Assembly: GCA_965215125.1 (NCBI GenBank)
Contig: OZ244052.1
Location: 864,001-928,000, forward strand
Source: an uncultured candidatus Porisulfidus sp.
GTDB taxonomy: Bacteria; Pseudomonadota; Gammaproteobacteria; Poriferisulfidales; Oxydemutatoraceae
DNA length: 64,000 bases
Direction of reading: 5' to 3'
Shown here: one piece after another, positions 13,132-24,673 of the stretch
Numbering within the stretch: position 1 is the first letter of the stretch
How the letters are laid out: every line of letters begins with the position of its first letter
Made by a program: the position numbers and the translations under genes
Notes under the pieces: model-generated
What the model was told of the DNA's origin: nothing
Database searches by the model: none
What the model saw: only the letters and a program-made list of their open reading frames with translations

Positions 13132-13611
13132 TTAGTCCGCCCCTACAGAAGGTTCTATCCGAATAATAGTTTGCCCGAACTCAACGGGTTCTGCGTTTTC
13201 CACTAGGATCGCTTCAACGGTGCCGGAAATCGGGGCTTCAATATGGTTCATCATTTTCATCGCTTCTATAATGCAGAGAGGTTCACCTTTTTTAATCGTA
13301 GTTCCAATTTCCACAAAGGGAGCGGCATCGGGCGATGAGGATCTATAAAAAGTCCCCACCATCGGAGCTTCAACATCATGTAAACTTGACGACAATGCTT
13401 CATGCTCTGCACCGGCAGGTTGTTCACTGCTCGCTTGCTGCGTATTTTGCGAAGGTGCCGGTGTTGATATTGTCTGCGTTGTAGCTACCGGTGGTGCGAT
13501 ATTGCTTGCACGGCTGATTCTTACCGTGTCATCACCTTCTGTTACTTCTATTTCAGAGATGCCCGACTCTTCCAAAAGCTCTATCAGTTTTTTAACCTTA
13601 CGTATATCCAT
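13132..13611 (-). CDS. accB: Biotin carboxyl carrier protein
   Basis: [18 protein letters not shown] start; EAMKMMN biotinylation motif. Confidence 0.96.
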   Translation of the reverse strand: MDIRKVKKLIELLEESGISEIEVTEGDDTVRISRASNIAPPVATTQTISTPAPSQNTQQASSEQPAGAEHEALSSSLHDVEAPMVGTFYRSSSPDAAPFVEIGTTIKKGEPLCIIEAMKMMNHIEAPISGTVEAILVENAEPVEFGQTIIRIEPSVGAD

Positions 13612-13615
13612 TTGT

Positions 13616-14062
13616 TTAGCTTTGTAGATGCCCGACTGCGGCTTGCAATGCGAGTTCGTAGCCTTGCGCGCCGGCACCCGATATGACTGCGACAGCAATA
13701 TCCGACAGGAAAGACTGTCGGCGAAATGTTTCTCGAGCAAACACATTAGATAGGTGTATCTCTATGAATGGTTTAGAAACCGAGAGGAGCGCATCGCGCA
13801 GGGCGACGCTGGTATGTGTCAATGCGCCGGGATTGATAATAATAAAATCGGTTTTATCGTCCATCGTTTGGTGTATACGGTTAATAATCTCTGCCTCGGA
13901 GTTTGACTGCAAATGGTCTATCTCAATGTTGCGCTCTTTCGCTTTTGAGCGGACTTGCTCAGTAATTTGCGCTAGGGTTTGCGTGCCGTAGATCTCAGGC
14001 TCGCGCTTTCCCAGCAAATTTAGGTTGGGACCATTGATGATAAGTATCTTATTTGTTGTCAT
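13616..14062 (-). CDS. aroQ: Type II 3-dehydroquinate dehydratase
   Basis: [21 protein letters not shown]. Confidence 0.96.
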   Translation of the reverse strand: MTTNKILIINGPNLNLLGKREPEIYGTQTLAQITEQVRSKAKERNIEIDHLQSNSEAEIINRIHQTMDDKTDFIIINPGALTHTSVALRDALLSVSKPFIEIHLSNVFARETFRRQSFLSDIAVAVISGAGAQGYELALQAAVGHLQS

Positions 14063-14188
14063 TGTTCATTAAATTAGGTGAAATTCGCCAAACATGTGGC
14101 TAGTAGCATAACATAATTATCCAAAATGCTAGAAATATGTTGTGCGGCACTCTGAAGAGTTAGTATCTAAAGGTTGAGGAATGCTTAA

Positions 14189-15541
14189 TTATCGCAGTGA
14201 ATCTATCAGTTGGTCTTTCAGCCTGCCAAAATCGCCATTGGACATAATCAGCAAATGGTCTCCCTCTGCTAGCTCTTCAATAATTGCATGTTTTAGCTGT
14301 GCTATATCGTTATGATACGAATACCGAGTTTTAGTTTTTTCCAATACCACTTCCGCCGACCAATCTAAATCCGGGGGGCTATAAAAGAAAAGACAGTCCG
14401 CTTCGTCAAAAGCGGCACCGAGCACTCGGTTGTGTTTACCTGCTTTCATCGTATTTGAACGTGGTTCAAAAGCAACCAATACGCGAGAGACTTTCCGGGC
14501 GCGCAATGCTTCTATGCTTGCCTTGATTTCAGTCGGATGATGGGCAAAATCATCGTAGACGGTAACTCCCTTATAGGTTCCGCAAACCTCAAGCCGACGG
14601 CGTACACCTTCAAAACTCTCTAGTGCTTGCAATGCGGTTCGGGGTGGCACACCGACATGCGCTGCGGCTGCGATTGCGCCTAAGGCATCGGCAATATTAT
14701 GATCACCCGATAGCTTCCAGCGACAACATCCTTGCTGTCTGCCTTTATGAGATAATTCAAAGCCGTCGTTGCGCTTACGCGCCTGCCAGTCGGCAGTTTT
14801 ATCCCCTGAATCAAAATACTCGCATTGCGACCAAAGTCCTTGTTCCAGAACATCTTGCAATGCGGTGTCGAAGGCGCGCACTAACACAACGGTATCCGCT
14901 GCCAGTGTTTTGAGTAAGTGATGAAACTGTGTCTTTATGGCATCTAAATCCTTAAAAATATCGGCATGGTCAAATTCTAGGTTGTTGAGCACCAAAACCT
15001 GCGGGCGATAGTGGATAAACTTCGATCTTTTATCAAAAAAAGCGGTATCGTATTCGTCGCCCTCTATAACAAACAAATCGGATTGTCCCAGGCGTGCAGA
15101 AACACCGAAGTTGATCGGCACGCCGCCGATTAGAAACCCCGGCTGCATTCCGGCAAACTCTAATATCCATGCGAGCATAGAAGCGGTCGTCGTTTTACCG
15201 TGCGTGCCGGCAACGCATAAAACTCGGCGGTATTGCAGAACCTGTTCGTAAAGCCATTGCGGTCCCGAGTAGATAGGCATACGCCGGGCTAGCAAGGCTT
15301 CCACCGACTCGTCGCCTCTACACATTGCGTTGCCGACGATATAAATATCGTAACCGTCTAGCAACGATGCACTACAAGGTTGATCCAAACCGATGTTATG
15401 GGATGCCAACTGCTCGCTCATCGGCGGCCAAGCCGCTTTATCACAGCCTTGAACAAAATAGCCGAGTTCGCGGGCAATACCCGCAAGACCCGCCATAAAA
15501 GTGCCGCATATCCCGAGTAAATAAACTTTGCCTGCAGGCAT
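14189..15541 (-). CDS. mpl: Murein peptide ligase Mpl
   Basis: GICGTFM, GTHGKTTT, DEYDTAFFDKRSKF, DDFAHHPT. Confidence 0.94.
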   Translation of the reverse strand: MPAGKVYLLGICGTFMAGLAGIARELGYFVQGCDKAAWPPMSEQLASHNIGLDQPCSASLLDGYDIYIVGNAMCRGDESVEALLARRMPIYSGPQWLYEQVLQYRRVLCVAGTHGKTTTASMLAWILEFAGMQPGFLIGGVPINFGVSARLGQSDLFVIEGDEYDTAFFDKRSKFIHYRPQVLVLNNLEFDHADIFKDLDAIKTQFHHLLKTLAADTVVLVRAFDTALQDVLEQGLWSQCEYFDSGDKTADWQARKRNDGFELSHKGRQQGCCRWKLSGDHNIADALGAIAAAAHVGVPPRTALQALESFEGVRRRLEVCGTYKGVTVYDDFAHHPTEIKASIEALRARKVSRVLVAFEPRSNTMKAGKHNRVLGAAFDEADCLFFYSPPDLDWSAEVVLEKTKTRYSYHNDIAQLKHAIIEELAEGDHLLIMSNGDFGRLKDQLIDSLR

Positions 15542-15549
15542 AGTTCAAA

Positions 15550-16113
15550 TCACATAGCCATCAACGATACGAACAAACTACTCATTAAATAGAGCATCGC
15601 AATACCAATCGCAAAAGGCAGGCGTACTTCCAATGCATGAAGAAAAATATGCCCTAAGACTCTTAACATCCATATAAACAATGCCAAATAAACCAATGCG
15701 ATTACCGCCCCGGCAGGAGAACTTTGCACCTGCGATTGAGCCTCTACGCCGAAACCGATAAGGTCGGCAGCAAAGAAGTTCAACGGTATAAACAAAACGC
15801 TAAACAAAGCGATGCTACCGGTAATCGCTATCGCAGTTTGTGTGAAACGCATAGGAAAGCGGAATAACCATAATATTACTTTCAAGAAGGCTAACAAGAA
15901 AAACAAATCTACGACGGTTTCCAACAAGTTAACTTCGGTCAAGCCTGTTGCAAGGCCCGAGAGAATGCCCATGGCAACCATAAAAGCACAAGACAAAATA
16001 AGTAATTTTCTGTATGCAGGCAGTTGTTGCGGAGTTGCCCGCAGTAGTATCAGATGCCATAGGATAACGATGAAATCCATCAATATCTCCCATAGTATTA
16101 ATATAGATCTCAT
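15550..16113 (-). CDS. Hypothetical multi-pass membrane protein
   Basis: About 5 hydrophobic segments; lies in an operon between yaaA and mpl. Confidence 0.75.
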   Translation of the reverse strand: MRSILILWEILMDFIVILWHLILLRATPQQLPAYRKLLILSCAFMVAMGILSGLATGLTEVNLLETVVDLFFLLAFLKVILWLFRFPMRFTQTAIAITGSIALFSVLFIPLNFFAADLIGFGVEAQSQVQSSPAGAVIALVYLALFIWMLRVLGHIFLHALEVRLPFAIGIAMLYLMSSLFVSLMAM

Positions 16114-16160
16114 GATTTATTCAATCCGTCGCACTCGTATCGGTAGTGGGGTTAATACAC

Positions 16161-16925
16161 TCAATCGCGCGTGAAAACCCACTGTGTTTCGTTGGATAGC
16201 TTGGTCCGGTAACGATAATTTCCTTCGCGAAACCGCTTCAGTAATTCGGGTGTCTTAATACGGTTTTTGATAATGTAGCGCGCCATCATACCTCGGGAGC
16301 GTTTGGCGGTGAAACTAATGACCTTATAGGTTCCGTTCTTTTTCTCCTTGAATATCGGCGTGATGATTTTAGCATCGAGATGATCCGGAACGATAGAATG
16401 AAAATACTCGTTGGATGCCAGGTTGATCAACACCGCATTACGCATCTTCTTAAGTTCGGCATTAATCGCTTCGGTGATGCGAGCACTCCAAAAATCGTAG
16501 AGGTCTTTGCCTTGTTTGTTTTTGAGACGGGTACCCATCTCAAGCCGATAAGGCTGTATCATATCCAACGGTTTTAAGACACCGTACAAGCCCGATAGTA
16601 TACGCAGATGCTTTTGCGCAAAATCAAAATCTTTAGCCTCAAAGCTGGTAGCATCCAAACTCGAATACACATCGCCGTCAAAGGCTAAAAGTGCCTGCTT
16701 AGCTTTGGGGGTCGTCGTAGAGTTATCCCATAGCTTAAAACGGTCGGTATTCAAATCGGCAATTTTCGTGCTGACCGACATTAACTCCTGCAGTTGCTCG
16801 GTAGATAACTTTCGCAATCGCGTAACTAAATGGTTTGCATCCTCTAAAAATAGCGGCACGCTCTGTTTGCGTATCCTATTGCTATCAAAATCAAGACGTT
16901 TCGCTGGTGAAATAATAACAATCAT
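16161..16925 (-). CDS. yaaA: Peroxide stress protein YaaA
   Basis: ISPAK, LRILSGLYG, YRLEMG, NLASNEY. Confidence 0.94.
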   Translation of the reverse strand: MIVIISPAKRLDFDSNRIRKQSVPLFLEDANHLVTRLRKLSTEQLQELMSVSTKIADLNTDRFKLWDNSTTTPKAKQALLAFDGDVYSSLDATSFEAKDFDFAQKHLRILSGLYGVLKPLDMIQPYRLEMGTRLKNKQGKDLYDFWSARITEAINAELKKMRNAVLINLASNEYFHSIVPDHLDAKIITPIFKEKKNGTYKVISFTAKRSRGMMARYIIKNRIKTPELLKRFREGNYRYRTKLSNETQWVFTRD

Positions 16926-16975
16926 AATTAATTCGTAATTTTTTTTATGCTCTTATTGTCTGCAACTCCATAACT

Positions 16976-18234
16976 GGGAATTATGTATTTAACCTGACAA
17001 GGTTTTTAGCCTTGCCATGTTCAACCATTTTTTGACGCTTCACAGACCAACAAATGTTGCAATCTCGACACCCGATAGCGGCACTCCCAGCCGCCATAAT
17101 GTTTAATGCAGCATTGATGTCCGCATTGCCCTCGTGTCCGCAGTACTGACACTTAAATATCGCTTGTGTTTTGCGGTTAGCTTTATTTACGCTTCCACAT
17201 TTATTACAGGTTTGACTCGTGTAGTGTGCCGGCACTTTCTCCACATGGGCTTTGTAGCTTAAGCATTGCTCTAGCCTACTCCAGCCACTCTTTAGTATCT
17301 CCCTGTTCAAACCTGACTTCGCCTTCACATTCTTACTCGGGCTGTCTATCGTCCCCTTCGCCGACTTCGTCATGCCTGCTGTATTCAATCCTTCCATATA
17401 AACACTATCGTATTTATCTGCTATTAGCTTGTTGGTTTGATGACTCCAATTCGCTCTCACAAATCGCTCCGCTTGATATGCGCTCTGTAGTCTATGCTTC
17501 GCTAGCTTTCGTCTATTGCTCCCCTTGACCCGTCTTGCCACCATTCGTTGATAGTGCCTACGCCTTGCTTCCTTAAGCTTTAGGTCGGGTAGGTGATATA
17601 TCGTTCCGTCCGATAATGCTATCTGTCCCACATTCCTATCCAAACCCACTTCCTTTAGCATGTGCGGTTTGTCCGCTATCTCTACTTCATAAGTGATATA
17701 AGCATACCAGTTTCCGTACTCATGCTTCACTTGACCCGATACAAACTTCTCACCTTTATACCTATCCCCACCGGCAAACTTCATCCAACCAACCTTCTGT
17801 ATGTAAATATGCTCGCCCGCTATTCGTGCTGTTTGCTTATCTATTGAAAATGAAGGATTATATGTATATCTGCTGTGAAACTTCGGCAATCCGCCATTAC
17901 CAGTAAAGAAGTTTCTATAGCTAGTTTCTATTGGTTTTAATGACATCTTCACTATATAAGCGGAATATCCTTGCAGCCACTTGTCGCAATGCTTCCGCAA
18001 AGTCGTAAATTGCTTGCCTATTGTGAAATAACTAAACCGGCTCTCCCCGTAATACTCGTACTCGTCTCTCAACTTCTCTACAAAGTGATTCCAAACATAT
18101 CGGCATGCGCCTGCAGTCCCGTGTAGCTTCTGGTGTTTCTCTTTTGTCGCCGGGTAAAGGCGATAGCGGATTGTTCTGTGGATTTTCATTGGTTTATTTT
18201 AACATTTTCTTGTCAAGTTATATGCATAATTCCG
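16976..18234 (-). mobile_element. Non-autonomous element bounded by terminal inverted repeats and carrying only tnpB
   Basis: GGAATTATGTATTTAACCTGACAAG (16977-17001) versus the reverse complement of 18209-18233, GGAATTATGCATATAACTTGACAAG: 22/25 identical; possible 3-bp ACT direct repeat. Confidence 0.7.
16981..18189 (-). CDS. tnpB: RNA-guided endonuclease TnpB
   Basis: N-terminal YRLYP...GACRYVWN; RuvC residues in GLDRN, MEGLN and NADINAALNI; zinc finger CNKC/CQYC. Confidence 0.93.
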   Translation of the reverse strand: MKIHRTIRYRLYPATKEKHQKLHGTAGACRYVWNHFVEKLRDEYEYYGESRFSYFTIGKQFTTLRKHCDKWLQGYSAYIVKMSLKPIETSYRNFFTGNGGLPKFHSRYTYNPSFSIDKQTARIAGEHIYIQKVGWMKFAGGDRYKGEKFVSGQVKHEYGNWYAYITYEVEIADKPHMLKEVGLDRNVGQIALSDGTIYHLPDLKLKEARRRHYQRMVARRVKGSNRRKLAKHRLQSAYQAERFVRANWSHQTNKLIADKYDSVYMEGLNTAGMTKSAKGTIDSPSKNVKAKSGLNREILKSGWSRLEQCLSYKAHVEKVPAHYTSQTCNKCGSVNKANRKTQAIFKCQYCGHEGNADINAALNIMAAGSAAIGCRDCNICWSVKRQKMVEHGKAKNLVRLNT

Positions 18235-18284
18235 ACTCAAGTAAATAGAATATCACCACTTGCTTCAAATGAACCGGCACTATA

Positions 18285-18412
18285 CCCGTGCAGATACGAC
18301 GGGGCTGTTGAAAAAGTATTCACGAACTGTAGGACGGTACATTCCCCTCCTGTGGAGGGGTGGCAGGCAGAGCCTGACGGGGTGGTTAATTCCCCTCCAC
18401 AGGAGGGGAATA
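18285..18412 (+). repeat. Repeat D end plus repeat A copies
   Basis: GGGGCTGTTGAAAAAGTA at 18301 followed by A units. Confidence 0.85.
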
Positions 18413-18413
18413 G

Positions 18414-20541
<2,128 letters not shown>

Positions 20542-20611
20542 TATTCTGTCCTTATAAGAATACAAAATAATAACAGTACTAAACTGTGTTAATAAATGAT
20601 AGTGTGAAAAT

Positions 20612-20642
20612 AAAAAAGAGCCGGGGATATTAAATCCCCGGC
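20612..20642 (-). terminator. Intrinsic terminator
   Basis: Minus strand GCCGGGGATTTAATATCCCCGGC followed by TCTTTTTT. Confidence 0.8.
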
Positions 20643-20730
20643 AAAGGGGTCGTGGTAATCATTACCACTTTCTAAGGAGGGTTTGACTTCCTGTCGCCGA
20701 GTTCAGGGGGGTCTCAGCAATTGATATAGT

Positions 20731-20802
20731 TTAGTCTAAATAACCCTTTCTCATGCAAAAAAATACTGTTGACCAAACTAAAACCAACATTAAAAATTCC
20801 AT
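20731..20802 (-). CDS. Putative 23-aa hydrophobic small protein MEFLMLVLVWSTVFFCMRKGYLD
   Basis: AGGAG RBS 8 nt before the ATG; upstream TTGGAA-N17-TATATT; below the ORF-track size cut-off. Confidence 0.55.
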   Translation of the reverse strand: MEFLMLVLVWSTVFFCMRKGYLD

Positions 20803-20992
20803 TTGTTTAACTCCTATATCCAAAGTACATTACATCATTTCTGTATATAAGTATATCATAATATACTTATATAGCAATACTATTCCAAGGTTTTTTTGAA
20901 AGTATTTTTTATTCTATTGATTTTACCCAATTTATAGTTATAAAAAGTGAAAGAATCAAGAAAAACTCAGTTCAATTTTTAAGTCGTATTTG

Positions 20993-22693
20993 TTAATTTC
21001 TAGTACGTTCTATGGGTTTGGTTGTGTTGGATATCACCTGTGCACCTAATTTTTTTTGCAGTGCCTGTACATTGGGATCCTCCCGAATAGATATTTCGGC
21101 ATCGTGTTGCTTTTGCCGATTTATTTTTTCATCTTCGGAAATCGGTGTTGCGTCGGGTGTGGCATATTTGAATGTTAATTCTATATCGGTGCCGTTAAGT
21201 TGTTTAAGTTTATTCAATATCTCTGTTTTGATATCTTCGGTGCATAAATTTTTAATATCGGGAGGGATTTCCATCGTTGCTTGATTATCGGACTCAATGG
21301 CTATCGACGAGTTAAGACATATTCCGAGAGCCGCACCTTTGAGTCCCGATGCTTCTACATAGTGCCGCCAGTCGTCTATGCTTTTGCAACCCAAAAGACT
21401 CTTTTGCCTTACCGGTGTGTCATGAGTGGTTAGGGAGTTGTCCGAGTTTTGTGTATTTTTGTTTGTATGAGATACTTCGGCGACGGCATCGGTCGGTGGT
21501 TCGGATTTGGGTGTAGTGGTTTTTTTAGTGCGCGCGCCCGCTTTGGGTGTAGTAGCACCTGTGGTTGCTTGGGTTTGCTTTGGCGTAGGTTGAGAGACTG
21601 ATTCTGCATGGAGCGGCACGAAACACACCATTTTCAGCAGGGTCATCTCAAAAGTAGCTTTATAATCCGAGACCACTGCCAGATCACGTTTGGCAGCCAA
21701 TGCAAACTGATAATATAATTGCGTGTCCTCCGGCTTAAGCGCGGTTGCCAGTGCAGCAACATCCGCCTCCTCAAATTGAGGCGTCAATTCGGCTTTGGGC
21801 AATGCTTGTCGCAATGCGACTTGATGTAATAAAGCAATCAACTCTCTGAGCACATCGTTAAAATCCACACCCGCTTGATAAATCTCTTCGCTCGTATCAA
21901 TCACGCCGGCTATATCCTGATCGGCAACGCGCTTGAGCAGGCTTGCAACCTGCGCTCTGGATGCGGTACCCAACATGGTCTTTACTTCTTTATCTTTAAG
22001 CGCGCCGTTTCCGTAAGAGATCGCTTGATCCAATAGGCTTAGTGCATCTCGCACACTACCGTCGGCAGCAACGGCAATTTCGTTCAGTGCATTTTCTTCA
22101 AACGCAATTTCTTCTTTGTTGAGCATTTTGGCAAGATAATCTCTAATGGCAATATAAGTCAGGCGCAATAGATTGAATTGCAAACAACGCGATAAGATCG
22201 TCACCGGTATCTTTTGCGGGTGTGTGGTTGCAAAGAAAAATTTTATATGCTCGGGTGGCTCTTCCAAAGTTTTGAGCAATGCGTTGAAGCTACTGATAGA
22301 CAACATATGCACCTCGTCTATTAGATAGATTTTATAAGTGCCGACATTCGGCGCATAGGGAACATTGTCCAGTAGCTCGCGCATGTTTTCCACACCGGTA
22401 CGCGATGCCGCATCGACCTCGATCAAATCCACATAGCGACCTGCATCGGTTTGCTCGCAGGCGGCACATTGATTACACGGGGTCGCACTGACACCCGCTT
22501 CGCAGTTAAAACATTTAGCAAGTATTCTGGCTAAAGTCGTTTTGCCTACGCCGCGCGTGCCACTGAACAAATAGGCGTGATGTAGCCGACCGAGAGATAA
22601 AGCATTTTGTAATGCTTGAACGATATGCTGTTGCCCCACGACCTCCTCAAAAGTACGCGGCCGCCATTTGCGCGCAAGAACCTGATAACTCAT
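20993..22693 (-). CDS. dnaX: DNA polymerase III subunit gamma/tau
   Basis: MSYQVLARKWRP, GTRGVGKTT, DEVHML, SRC. Confidence 0.97.
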   Translation of the reverse strand: MSYQVLARKWRPRTFEEVVGQQHIVQALQNALSLGRLHHAYLFSGTRGVGKTTLARILAKCFNCEAGVSATPCNQCAACEQTDAGRYVDLIEVDAASRTGVENMRELLDNVPYAPNVGTYKIYLIDEVHMLSISSFNALLKTLEEPPEHIKFFFATTHPQKIPVTILSRCLQFNLLRLTYIAIRDYLAKMLNKEEIAFEENALNEIAVAADGSVRDALSLLDQAISYGNGALKDKEVKTMLGTASRAQVASLLKRVADQDIAGVIDTSEEIYQAGVDFNDVLRELIALLHQVALRQALPKAELTPQFEEADVAALATALKPEDTQLYYQFALAAKRDLAVVSDYKATFEMTLLKMVCFVPLHAESVSQPTPKQTQATTGATTPKAGARTKKTTTPKSEPPTDAVAEVSHTNKNTQNSDNSLTTHDTPVRQKSLLGCKSIDDWRHYVEASGLKGAALGICLNSSIAIESDNQATMEIPPDIKNLCTEDIKTEILNKLKQLNGTDIELTFKYATPDATPISEDEKINRQKQHDAEISIREDPNVQALQKKLGAQVISNTTKPIERTRN

Positions 22694-22714
22694 TTATTTG
22701 ATGATGACAGAAAA

Positions 22715-22825
22715 GCCTCCCGCGACCGCCGATCTTCGGCACCCAGTTGCATTGCTACCGTTGCTTCCTTCCGAACCTGGCGGGGTTCACAACAAACTGC
22801 CGCGAAGGAGCCGTCGCGAAAGACC
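22715..22825 (-). ncRNA. ffs: Signal recognition particle RNA (4.5S)
   Basis: Minus strand contains CCAGGTTCGGAAGGAAGCAACGG (domain IV) in a long hairpin, in the usual position upstream of dnaX. Confidence 0.93.
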
Positions 22826-22954
22826 AGTATATTATACCGTATCTAGACCCACCGCGTCATTAATATTTCCCTCCTGTGGCGAGGAGTTGCGGAAGTGTCT
22901 GCACGAGTATAGTACTGGTTCATTTTGGCTCAAAGTGTTAAAATTGTAGGTGAG

Positions 22955-24082
22955 ATGGGTATTTCTGGGGCGGCACAAACACGCTTAAATGCGATGTTAA
23001 AAAAATTTCAGACACTGGCGCAAAGTCAGGTCGGGTACCCCTGCAATCAGAAATTCGATTATTCGGAACTATCGGTTTTTATACGCTATTGTCTGAACAA
23101 TGTCGGCGACCCCTTTCACAAAAGCAATTTTCTCAGCAACACCCACCAAATAGAACGGGAAGTTATCGCCGAGTTCGCCGACTTGATGCACCTGCCACAA
23201 GCGCAGGCATGGGGCTACGTTACGTCCGGCGGCACCGAAGGCAATATGTACGGTTTGTATTTGGGACGCGAGTTATATCCGAAGGGTGTCGTGTATTTTT
23301 CGCAAGATACGCACTACAGCATACTCAAAATTTTGCATGTGCTCAATGTGCGCAACATCATGATCAAAAGCCAAGATAACGGTGAAATAGATTACGACGA
23401 CCTTTACGAGACCATACGCATACACCGAGATGTCCCGGTAATTTTCATGGCGAATATCGGAACGACGATGAAGGGTGCGGTTGACGACTTGAGCAAGGTG
23501 CATAACATATTGAGCGATTTAACGGTCAACAATTTCTACATACATGCCGACGCTGCGTTAAGCGGCATGATCTTGGCTTTCGTCGACGACCCGCAACCCT
23601 ACGACTTTGATGCCGGCATAGACAGCATAGCAATCAGCGGTCATAAATTAATCGGTGCGCCGTTGCCGTGCGGCGTGGTGCTGACCCGCCGCGATTATGT
23701 CAACCGTATCGCCCGTGCGATTGAATATGTCGGTGTTTTAGATACTACTTTGCCGGGGTCGCGCAACGCATTAACGCCCTTGATGTTGTGGTATGCGTTT
23801 GAGAAGTACGGTCGCGCCGGCTTTAAGAGCGTAGTGGCAGACATGCTTGCGGTTGCCGAGTATGCGGTGTTGCGTTTCAACAAATTCGGTGTCAAAGCGT
23901 GGCGCAACAAAAACTCGGTCACGGTCGTCATTCCTAAACCTTCGGACACATTTCTGCACAACTGGCAAGTTGCCTCGGAAGGAGACATTGCCCATATCAT
24001 CACCATGCCCCATGTGGATCGCACGCTTGTAGACCGACTGGTGGATGAATATGTAAAAGACAGACAGACACAAGCGGCATAG
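22955..24082 (+). CDS. hdc: PLP-dependent histidine decarboxylase family enzyme
   Basis: GYPCN, NNVGDP, GGTEGN, HADAAL, SGHK (PLP lysine), GSRN. Confidence 0.85.
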   Translation: MGISGAAQTRLNAMLKKFQTLAQSQVGYPCNQKFDYSELSVFIRYCLNNVGDPFHKSNFLSNTHQIEREVIAEFADLMHLPQAQAWGYVTSGGTEGNMYGLYLGRELYPKGVVYFSQDTHYSILKILHVLNVRNIMIKSQDNGEIDYDDLYETIRIHRDVPVIFMANIGTTMKGAVDDLSKVHNILSDLTVNNFYIHADAALSGMILAFVDDPQPYDFDAGIDSIAISGHKLIGAPLPCGVVLTRRDYVNRIARAIEYVGVLDTTLPGSRNALTPLMLWYAFEKYGRAGFKSVVADMLAVAEYAVLRFNKFGVKAWRNKNSVTVVIPKPSDTFLHNWQVASEGDIAHIITMPHVDRTLVDRLVDEYVKDRQTQAA

Positions 24083-24096
24083 GGAGAACTCGTATC

Positions 24097-24489
24097 GTGA
24101 AAAGAATTATTATCATGGCCGAAAACAGGGTCGGAGTTATCGCCGACATCGGCAAAGTACTAGCCGACGATAAGATCAACATAGAGGCGTTGGATGCCGA
24201 AAGTACCGGAGACGACGGCATCGTTATATTGATGACCGATGATCCCGACGGTGCTTTACACGCATTGACATACGCCGGGTTTAAGGCAGTGAGCGACGAG
24301 GCATTGATCCTCAAATTGAAGGACGAACCGGGGGCACTCGCTAAAGTTGCCGAGCAATTCAAACAAGCCAATCTCAATATACGCAGTTTTCACATACTCG
24401 GTCGCAAAGCGGGCTATTCTATGGTTGCGTTGACTACCGACGATAGAGCAAAAGCTCAAGCACTCATAGACGACAAATACATCATATAA
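24097..24489 (+). CDS. Tandem ACT-domain protein
   Basis: ENRVGVIADI and DEPGALAKV ACT repeats. Confidence 0.85.
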   Translation: MKRIIIMAENRVGVIADIGKVLADDKINIEALDAESTGDDGIVILMTDDPDGALHALTYAGFKAVSDEALILKLKDEPGALAKVAEQFKQANLNIRSFHILGRKAGYSMVALTTDDRAKAQALIDDKYII

Positions 24490-24495
24490 ACACAT

Positions 24496-24663
24496 GGGGC
24501 TGTTGAAAAAGTATTTCATACATCATAGGGGCGGACTTGCATGTCAGCCCGTAACGCGTTATGCCTGCACGATTTATACATTCATTCATCCAATTTATGG
24601 AAACCAAAACCATACGGCGCAAACGGTTAAGTTTGTGCAAAACGGTACTTTTTCAACAGCCTC
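24496..24663. mobile_element. MITE-like element (repeat D) containing a REP-like palindrome (repeat C)
   Basis: Ends GGGGCTGTTGAAAAAGTA and TACTTTTTCAACAGCCTC, flanked by ACAT direct repeats; internal GGGGCGGACTTGCATGTCAGCCC. Confidence 0.75.
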
Positions 24664-24673
24664 ACATCACTAG

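Noticed and set aside
16976-18234. Classification as an ordinary IS1341-type (tnpB-only IS200/IS605) element
   Set aside because: I found no matching subterminal hairpin pair at both ends, whereas a 25-bp terminal inverted repeat is evident; needs multi-copy alignment to settle
20652-20668. Fur-box-like palindrome TGGTAATCATTACCA
   Set aside because: It resembles the 7-1-7 Fur consensus but lies inside the predicted 3' RNA just before a terminator, so an RNA hairpin is the simpler reading; not fully excluded
22698-22949. 83-aa ORF on the plus strand
   Set aside because: Antisense to the SRP RNA
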